From Thermoguttaceae bacterium (lineage in GTDB: Bacteria; Planctomycetota; Planctomycetia; Pirellulales; Thermoguttaceae): DNA of 64,000 nt. Below are positions 57,493-64,000 of the stretch, piece after piece. The notes under the pieces are model-generated. The model ran no database searches and was not told the origin of the DNA. It saw only the letters and a list, made by a program, of their open reading frames with translations. The translations under genes and the position numbers were made by a program. Positions within the stretch are counted from its first letter, which is position 1, and every line of letters begins with the position of its first letter. The stretch lies in contig JBEKZV010000011.1 of the NCBI GenBank assembly GCA_049509515.1, positions 63,737-127,736 of the forward strand, read 5' to 3'.

Positions 57493-60039
57493 CTAGGGCT
57501 GAGGGTACGGCTTCTCGGAGATCGGCAGCGGCCCGCGGGGCGTGATTGCCAGCCCCAAGAGCCCGCCTGCCGTGGTCTCGACGGGCTGCGGCTCGCCCTG
57601 CGGGGCGCCGCGGGCATCCATGCGCGCGAGTCTCCGGCTCCCGGTGAACAGGGCCCACACCGAACCGCGGGTGTCGGCACGGAGGATCACCGGGAGCGGG
57701 GACCCGGCGGGCAGCCGGGCGCCCGCGGCGGCCGCAGGCGGCGAGCCGGCCACGTCGAACTGCTTTACGCCGCGGGAGCTGTAACAGGCCGCGTGGCCCG
57801 CCACGTCGGCCAGCCATACCCGGCCCGACGGATCGACCGTGACCGAGCCGGCCGGCGCCTTGATCTCGCTAATCCGTGCCGCATCGGCCACTCGCACGAG
57901 CATCACGCCTTCACGGACCTGCGCCCCGTGGTACTGCGAGACGTTGCGATAAGACGCTAGCAGGACCGGTGTAGCGTCGGCCCGGGCCATCACGAGGTCC
58001 AGCGGGGCGTCCAGGAGGCTGACGGCCCCGAGGAGCCGGCCGTCGGGCGAGAACTTCTTCAGCGCCCCCTTGGCCCCCACGACGCTCTCCTCGTAGGGCG
58101 ATCCGTCCTGGTTGAGCCGGAAAGCGCTGGTTGCGCCCCAGGCATTGGTGGTCACCCAGAGGTTGCCCTGGCGGTCGACGGCCAACGCGCGGCAGTCGCT
58201 CCCCAGGGTGTCGTCGTTCTCGGCCGGCTGCTCGGAGAAGCGGCCGAACCGCTTGACGACGCCCGACTGGCCGAGCCGCACAACGTCGCTCCGCTGCCTG
58301 GCCGGATCGACCACCAGCGCGACCAATCCCTTGCCGTCGGCCGCGGGGGCGACGTTGCGGAGCCGGGCTCGGTCGGCCCCCAGCGCGGCGAGCAGCTGTT
58401 CGGGGTTCTCCGGCCAAGCAGCCGGCACGTCGGGCAACAGGGCCTTGATCGCGGGCGACTCCTTTTCCTTCCAGAGCCCTAGCACGCGAACGCTCGCCGG
58501 GGCGTGGCCCAAAACGGCCCCGCCGGCCGGCCGGTCCGGCCAGACAGTTCGATCGTGGAAACTCAGCAGCAGATCGGCGCCGCTCATCCACATCATGTCG
58601 AGCCTGTGGGATTCGTCGTTCTTCTCGTTGAGTTTCTTGTTGACTTCCGCCAACTGGACACGGAGTTGCGCGGTCGCCCGTGCCGTCTGCCGCTTGGCCT
58701 GCTCCTCGGGCGGGACGACCTCGAACTTGCCGGTGGCGATCTCTCGGCCGCCCGCCTCGGTCATCTTCCAGGTGTAGACGCCCTTAACCGCGGCAGGGAT
58801 CTTGGCCTCGGCGCTAAGCTCGGCGAAAGCGAACGGCTGTACCAGGCCGCCCAGCTTCTTCGAGAGCAGCTTTTCCCCCCTGGGGTCCTTGACCTCCAGC
58901 AGGGCGCCGAGCGGCTCGGGCTGGCTGCGGACGGTCGTGGCGCGAGTCCGGATACGCAGTGCGGCGTCCGGGACCATCTCCTCGGGGACGGTCGGACGCT
59001 CGTAAGCGATCGTCGGCGAGTGGAACGGAACGTCATTGCTGTCGTAGGCCAGCGTGAACGAGCAGCTCAGCGCGTCGCCCGGCTTCAGGTCGACCGGCCT
59101 GGTGTGCGGTTCCCAGGTGAGGTGCCACTCGGCGTCGCCGCCGAACCAGTACTGGATGAAATCGAACAGCTTGGGATCGTAGTACATGAAAACGGGGCCG
59201 GCGGAGGTAAGGCCCGCCGCCCAGCCAGCGGCCTCGTAGCGGGGCTTGTCGGCCTGTCGGCCCGGCGTGAAGCGGCTGAAGGGGTGGCCCAGCGGCGCGC
59301 CGCCGCCGGCGACCCCCATCTCCCGCTCCCCGCGGGCCGAGTCGAAGAACTCGACCCCCGCGGGCGTCGGCAGGAACCAGAAGGCCCGGCCACCGGGCAT
59401 GGCAGGCACCTGGCCGAACACCGCATGGACCATGTACCGCAGGCTCGGCGCCACGTCCCGGCCCGCATTGCCGAGATCGACCTCGATCTTCAGCCGGCTG
59501 GAATCGGCGTCGATCGACACGGTGCGGCGGATGGTCAAATCCAGCGGGTTGGGAATCTCGATGCCCAGCACGTCGCGGACCAGCCCGACGGACACCTTCC
59601 CGCCGCCGGAGACGGTCACGGCCGCGCGCTGGGGCCCCCGGGCGTCGATCCGGCTGGTGAACGGTTTGCCTTCCCATCGTCCGCCGTAGTGATACGGGCA
59701 GTCGTCCAACCACTCGAAGGCCGAGATGGTCTTGGTTTTGTCGACGTACCGCGAGACGCGGCCTTCGAGCTCGGGGACGACCTCCACCAGGATCCGGTCG
59801 TTGTCCAGGACGATAATCTTGCGATCGGCCCCTTCGAACTTGCGGACAACCGTCGTGAGGCGGCACGCGGCGTCCGCCGCGGCTGCGGCCCAGCACGATG
59901 CCAGCAGGCAGCCGCAGACCGCGGCGAAGAAGGGGACAGGTCCATGTTTTCGGACCAGGCATTCCCCAGGAGCGGCGCCTCTCGGCCGAAAAATGGACAA
60001 GTCCCCGGTCGGCACGAGGAATCTTGGGCGTCGGTTCAT
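57493..60039 (-). CDS. Large hypothetical secreted protein with a beta-propeller-like C-terminal region
   Basis: Listed as an ORF to 60216. The plausible start is ATG 60039 (MNRRPRFLVPTG...FFAAVCGCLLASCWAAAAA, signal). No confident family assignment. Confidence 0.5.
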   Translation of the reverse strand: MNRRPRFLVPTGDLSIFRPRGAAPGECLVRKHGPVPFFAAVCGCLLASCWAAAAADAACRLTTVVRKFEGADRKIIVLDNDRILVEVVPELEGRVSRYVDKTKTISAFEWLDDCPYHYGGRWEGKPFTSRIDARGPQRAAVTVSGGGKVSVGLVRDVLGIEIPNPLDLTIRRTVSIDADSSRLKIEVDLGNAGRDVAPSLRYMVHAVFGQVPAMPGGRAFWFLPTPAGVEFFDSARGEREMGVAGGGAPLGHPFSRFTPGRQADKPRYEAAGWAAGLTSAGPVFMYYDPKLFDFIQYWFGGDAEWHLTWEPHTRPVDLKPGDALSCSFTLAYDSNDVPFHSPTIAYERPTVPEEMVPDAALRIRTRATTVRSQPEPLGALLEVKDPRGEKLLSKKLGGLVQPFAFAELSAEAKIPAAVKGVYTWKMTEAGGREIATGKFEVVPPEEQAKRQTARATAQLRVQLAEVNKKLNEKNDESHRLDMMWMSGADLLLSFHDRTVWPDRPAGGAVLGHAPASVRVLGLWKEKESPAIKALLPDVPAAWPENPEQLLAALGADRARLRNVAPAADGKGLVALVVDPARQRSDVVRLGQSGVVKRFGRFSEQPAENDDTLGSDCRALAVDRQGNLWVTTNAWGATSAFRLNQDGSPYEESVVGAKGALKKFSPDGRLLGAVSLLDAPLDLVMARADATPVLLASYRNVSQYHGAQVREGVMLVRVADAARISEIKAPAGSVTVDPSGRVWLADVAGHAACYSSRGVKQFDVAGSPPAAAAGARLPAGSPLPVILRADTRGSVWALFTGSRRLARMDARGAPQGEPQPVETTAGGLLGLAITPRGPLPISEKPYPQP

Positions 60040-60184
60040 CGTTTCACTCCTTCTGCGGGCGGCGCCGCAACTACGGCGGGGGACAGGAGGATCAGGCCCT
60101 GGAGTCCGCCGTGCGTCGTATAGTCGGCCCGGATCGATATCCGCTCCCGCAGCGGCGGCGACTCCGCGACGGGCACCAGGATGG

Positions 60185-61156
60185 TCATGGCGGCAGCGGC
60201 AGGCCCATGACGCCACCGCTGGTGGCGCGGACGGTCATCTCGACTTCCGCCTTTCCCGCCGCCGGCAGCGGCTTTGCCAGCGGCAGCCAATGGGGAAACT
60301 CGTCCCCGTCGGCAATGAGCAGGAGCCGCTTGCGCTCGTTCTCCGGGCCCTTGAACGGGCAATGGAACTCGACCCAGTGCGTCAGGACGGCCACGTCCTC
60401 CGCCGGCGAGGTTTCGCCGACGTCCATGCCGTTGACGCGGACGCGGGCGCTGTCCGAGGCGCCCCATACGCCTACCCCGCGCGGCTGCAAATCGCCGCTT
60501 GCGTTCCACGAGATCGCCCGCTTGAGCGTGACCCAGCCGCGAAATCCCTCGTCCAACGGCAAGCGGCCGGGCTGGACGATCCGGGCCGGAAGTGCGGGGG
60601 CCTTCCAATCCTTGGCACGTCGCGGCATCTCGCCCGGAAGGACTTCCGTCCCCGCCACGTTCCAGAGACCGGCCAAGTCCACTCGCTTGCGGACCCCGAC
60701 GGCCACCTCGCGGCTTGCCGTGGCCGAGCCCGGAGACCCGCCGGGCACGACCTCCGCCTCGACCTGGACCGTGCCGAACAGCATGTCGCCGAGGCTCGCC
60801 GCGAACGGCACCTCGGCCGTTTGCGCCGCGATCGGGCGGTTGAATATCTCCTCGGTGCGCCACCCCGGCGTCTGGCGACGACCGCCCGCAACGTCGATCC
60901 GCCGCGTCAGAACGACGTGCAGCCTGGCCCCCGGCAGCACCCGGGGCGGCAGGTCGAGTTTCACGACGCCGCGGGCCACTTCACCGGCCGCAAAATAGGC
61001 CTTCTCGAATTCCACGCAGCGGATCGCCGGGTAAGCGGCAAGCGAGGTCGGCGGAGGAGCACCGCCCGCCGCGCTCTGGGCCGCTGCCAGGCCCGCCACG
61101 CCCATCCACAGCCAAGACACGAGCAACAACAGTTTCTCGCACCATCGAGTACACAT
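60185..61156 (-). CDS. Hypothetical secreted protein
   Basis: Listed as an ORF to 61492. The signal-peptide start MCTRWCEKLLLLVSWLWMGVAGLAAAQSA is at 61156. The ORF upstream of that start is Arg/Pro-rich junk. Confidence 0.45.
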   Translation of the reverse strand: MCTRWCEKLLLLVSWLWMGVAGLAAAQSAAGGAPPPTSLAAYPAIRCVEFEKAYFAAGEVARGVVKLDLPPRVLPGARLHVVLTRRIDVAGGRRQTPGWRTEEIFNRPIAAQTAEVPFAASLGDMLFGTVQVEAEVVPGGSPGSATASREVAVGVRKRVDLAGLWNVAGTEVLPGEMPRRAKDWKAPALPARIVQPGRLPLDEGFRGWVTLKRAISWNASGDLQPRGVGVWGASDSARVRVNGMDVGETSPAEDVAVLTHWVEFHCPFKGPENERKRLLLIADGDEFPHWLPLAKPLPAAGKAEVEMTVRATSGGVMGLPLPP

Positions 61157-61284
61157 GCCGGGCGCTCCTGGTCGGATGGGGGGCGGGCGCCTCGGTGCCC
61201 GTCGCGTCAAGGGGGGACCGCTCGGAGGGAGGACACACACAGCCGACTGGCCCCCCATCATAGTTCCTCGCGGCGCGACTATGC

Positions 61285-61638
61285 TCAGACGATTTCCCAG
61301 CCCTTGCGGCGAGACTCGTTGATTAGCGTGTCGGCGTCGGCGATGCCCGGGACCCGAAGGTTGCCCGGGTCCCAGGCGATTCGCTTGCCAAGTCGCAAGG
61401 CGAGGACTCCCAGCAGCACCAGTTCGGTAAGCCCGGCGCCGTACTGGAAATTGGAACTCGCGGCCGGCCCGCCTTTGCAGGCGTCGAGCCAATCGCGGTG
61501 ATGTCCCTTGGAACGGGGCAGGGTTTTCGGCGGCTTCTTATAGGCATGGGTCTTCTCGTACGGCAGCGGTCGCTGCCGGCCGGCCCAGCCTTCGGTGAGC
61601 AACTTCCCCTCAAGGCCCCACAACAACGCAGTTTTCAT
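61285..61638 (-). pseudogene. Remnant encoding only the C-terminal ~115 aa of a Gfo/Idh/MocA-family oxidoreductase
   Basis: MKTALLWGLEGKLLTEGW...GGPAASSNFQYGAGLTELVLLGVLALRLGKRIAWDPGNLRVPGIADADTLINESRRKGWEIV matches the C-terminal domain of planctomycete Gfo/Idh/MocA proteins (compare ...FVRREYRRGWEM of the 34239 gene). The N-terminal Rossmann part is absent, and that space is occupied by the next gene. Confidence 0.45.
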
Positions 61639-61654
61639 GTCGGATCGCAATGCT

Positions 61655-63613
61655 TCACGGGGACTGTCCCGATTTTCCTTGTGCCGCGGGCGACGGGCGC
61701 AGATCATAGCAAGCCAGCAGATCCCCGTGGCGCAGATAGAGCTGGCCCTGATGCACGACCGGGTAAGGCCATGCGGGACCGTCGGCGGTCAGGGGGGCCA
61801 GCCGGCCCTTGGCCCGAAACGCCGCCGGATTGGCTTCCACCAGGACGATCGTGCCGCGGTCGTAGCGAAACAGCAGGTGGCCGTCGGCATAGAGCACGGC
61901 CGCCGAGCCCGGCGCCGGGGCCTTGGCTTTCCAGCAAATTCGCCCCGTGGCGAACTCGATACACACGGGGTCGCCGTGGTTCAAGCCATGTCCGCCGAAG
62001 AGATAGTCTCCCACCAGGACCATGCCGCCGTGGTGGTTTTGGAACTTGTCGGGCGTGAGGAAATAGCACTCCTCGGCCCGGAACGAGTCGCCGTCCCGAA
62101 CGACCTTCACCAGCGCGCTGCCCATGTTGTACGCCGTGGAGGCGAAGACGCAATCGCCGCGCACCACCGGCGTGGCGGCATTGCAGATGGTGTTGGCAAT
62201 CGCATTGTATCCCCAGAGAAAGCGGCCGGTGCGGGCCTCGACGCCCGCCAACCCGCGTCCCAGCAACTGCACGTACTGCCGAACGCCGGCGATTTCCGCA
62301 ACCATCGCGGAAGCATAGGAGGCACCGTCGTTTCCGCGCGGGCCCAGCGGCGGCACGGCACACTTCCAGATCAGCTTGCCGGTCCGCTTCTCCAGGGCGA
62401 TCATCGTCGCTTCCTTGCCGCCGGGCGTGCAGACCAGGCGGTCGCCGTCCACCAGCGGCGATTCGCTGAACCTCCAGCGCGACATCACCTGACCGCCGAA
62501 GTCGCGCACGAAGTGCTTCCACCACAAGACCCGGCCGCTGGACGTCTCCAGGCACACCAAGTCGCCATCGGTCCCGATCGCATACAGCCGGTCGCCATCC
62601 AGAGTTGGGGTGCAGCGAGGGCCGTCTCCCTGGGCCGGTCCGATTGTGGCGGCCCATAGCTCGCGGCGCGTCGCCAGGTCGAAAGCCAGCACCAATTGGA
62701 CCTCGGTTTGGCCCTCGCCCGGCCGGTCGCCCATGGTGTAGAGTTTCCCGCCGGAAATGGCGACTGACGAATACCCCTTGCCCAGCCCGGACATGCGCCA
62801 CACGAGCTTTGGCTGGCTGTCCGACCAATCTTGCAAGAGTCCGGTTTCCATGCACACGCCATCCCGGCGGGGTCCGCGAAACTGCGGCCATTCCTTGGCG
62901 CCCTGCGCGGTCCAGGGGGTCGGGTGCAACAGCCGGCTGCCGTGGGGGCTCGCCGCGGGTTGGTCGCCGGCGTGAACCGCGGGCACCACGGGCTTTGCTT
63001 GGATCTGTGCCAAGGTCGAGTTGATTCGGTCCCGCAAGCCGGGCGGGGCCGACCGGGCGGCCTTTTCGAGCGTGGCAGCCGCGGCCGCCGCATCGGGACC
63101 GATCGCCCCCAGCACCCGGCAGATCAACATCCGCGTGTCGCTCGAGCCCTTGTCGAAACCCTCGATCAAGTGCGGCACGGCGGCGCGGCCCAAGCCGCTC
63201 AGGACTTCCGCCGCCGCCGTGGCGACCCACATTTGGTCGTCGAGCCGGTGGACCAAGGCTGCCGCGGCGGGCTGTGCGTCGGGCCCCAGCGATCCCAGGG
63301 TATCGACCGCGGTTACGCGCACCGCCGCGACCTTGCTCTCCAGCGCCTGGCTCAAGGCTGCGACGATCCTGGGCTTGGGTTCCGCCGGATTCTCGGCGGC
63401 AGCTTGCTTGAGCCAGTACGTGATCTTCTTGCCAAGATAGAGAGCATCGTCTGCGGCCAGCGCGCCGGCGTCGACTTCGCGCCTCGCCGGAGTTCCCGCC
63501 GCACCTTCGCCCGCCGCCACGGCGACTTGCAAGGGCGGGAACGGATTAGTGCCCCCAATCGCCGTCAGGAAAACCGCTCCGCAAACACCAGCTACGCAAG
63601 ACCATTTGCACAT
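61655..63613 (-). CDS. Secreted protein with an N-terminal HEAT-repeat domain and a C-terminal PQQ-like beta-propeller domain
   Basis: Listed as an ORF to 63721. Signal start MCKWSCVAGVCGAVFLTAIGG at 63613. HEAT-like repeats (VRVTAVDTLGSLGPDAQPAAAALVHRLDD..., RMLICRVLGAIGPDAAAAA). Propeller blades (LVWRMSG..., LWAATIG..., VLWWKHF..., LIWKCAV..., FLWGYNA..., ICWKAKA...). Confidence 0.7.
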   Translation of the reverse strand: MCKWSCVAGVCGAVFLTAIGGTNPFPPLQVAVAAGEGAAGTPARREVDAGALAADDALYLGKKITYWLKQAAAENPAEPKPRIVAALSQALESKVAAVRVTAVDTLGSLGPDAQPAAAALVHRLDDQMWVATAAAEVLSGLGRAAVPHLIEGFDKGSSDTRMLICRVLGAIGPDAAAAAATLEKAARSAPPGLRDRINSTLAQIQAKPVVPAVHAGDQPAASPHGSRLLHPTPWTAQGAKEWPQFRGPRRDGVCMETGLLQDWSDSQPKLVWRMSGLGKGYSSVAISGGKLYTMGDRPGEGQTEVQLVLAFDLATRRELWAATIGPAQGDGPRCTPTLDGDRLYAIGTDGDLVCLETSSGRVLWWKHFVRDFGGQVMSRWRFSESPLVDGDRLVCTPGGKEATMIALEKRTGKLIWKCAVPPLGPRGNDGASYASAMVAEIAGVRQYVQLLGRGLAGVEARTGRFLWGYNAIANTICNAATPVVRGDCVFASTAYNMGSALVKVVRDGDSFRAEECYFLTPDKFQNHHGGMVLVGDYLFGGHGLNHGDPVCIEFATGRICWKAKAPAPGSAAVLYADGHLLFRYDRGTIVLVEANPAAFRAKGRLAPLTADGPAWPYPVVHQGQLYLRHGDLLACYDLRPSPAAQGKSGQSP

Positions 63614-64000
63614 GGGAAGCCAGTCCAGATTCACGGGGTCCGTGCGTCTGTCGTGGCCACCCGGACCCCACGACGGTGGCGCGATGAGGTTTAGTTTCGT
63701 CGCGGTTCTCGGCGTTGTCAAGCGCCGCCGAGAATTCTGGAGATTGCCCGGGCGGGATCGTCAAGGCTGCGGCAAGAAAAAGCCGCTGCCGTGGCAGGAC
63801 CAAGCTCGGGAAAGCACAAGTGCCAGTGTGTCGTAGGGTCGGTCTGGCACGGAGAGAGCCCCCGGAGAGGCCTTCCCAGTGTATCTGCCTGCCACGGCAG
63901 CATGTTTCCAAGGATGAAGCCGAACCCAGGCGTAGGCCCGGGACTCATTCTCCAATCCCTAATCTCTAATCCCTAATCCCTTCCTCCGCCGCCAGGCGGC

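Overview
This is a high-GC (~68%) bacterial chromosomal window that looks planctomycete-like. The hallmarks are a DUF1592/DUF1552 gene pair, a TAT-signal Gfo/Idh/MocA oxidoreductase, many secreted proteins, and gene-dense minus-strand operons whose start and stop codons overlap. In GC-rich DNA, long ORFs on the non-coding strand are common, so I called genes from recognisable protein families rather than from ORF length.

Content from left to right:
1. 1-1256: an MgtA-like Mg2+ P-type ATPase, cut by the window edge. It sits directly downstream of an OprO/OprP-like porin and a hybrid sensor kinase.
2. 5.5-23 kb: two paralogous tripartite RND efflux systems. The first is RND permease, membrane-fusion protein and a divergent TolC-like outer-membrane protein. 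The second is RND permease, membrane-fusion protein, a VapBC toxin-antitoxin pair, then a TolC-like protein. Between them lie a second OprO/P-like porin and an unusual secreted protein that is about 16% cysteine.
3. About 23.5-24.1 kb: a low-GC spacer carrying small ORFs.
4. 24.9-30.8 kb: a divergent pair of operons. One encodes a PQQ-repeat beta-propeller plus an MGDG-synthase-like glycosyltransferase. The other encodes a HemN-like radical-SAM enzyme, a second radical-SAM enzyme and a formyltransferase.
5. 30.9-40.4 kb: housekeeping-type genes, namely flotillin, a sugar-phosphate isomerase, Gfo/Idh/MocA, an O-methyltransferase and the DUF1592/DUF1552 pair.
6. About 41-56 kb: a large multiheme-cytochrome island, the most interesting part of the window. 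It contains a ~14-heme lipoprotein cytochrome followed by a 773-aa outer-membrane beta-barrel, which is a porin-cytochrome candidate. It also contains a membrane-anchored ~12-heme NapC/NirT-like cytochrome, an ~11-heme c-type domain fused to a b-type membrane cytochrome, and a tetraheme cytochrome. A divergent operon encodes a Rieske protein, cytochrome b and a nonaheme cytochrome c, followed by a CcmF-type heme lyase. Together these resemble a Geobacter-style extracellular electron-transfer pathway (ImcH/CbcL-like inner-membrane modules plus an outer-membrane conduit). That would be undescribed in this lineage, but it is inferred from domain architecture only.
7. 56-64 kb: secreted hydrolase-like and hypothetical proteins, a Gfo/Idh/MocA gene remnant and a HEAT/PQQ-repeat protein.
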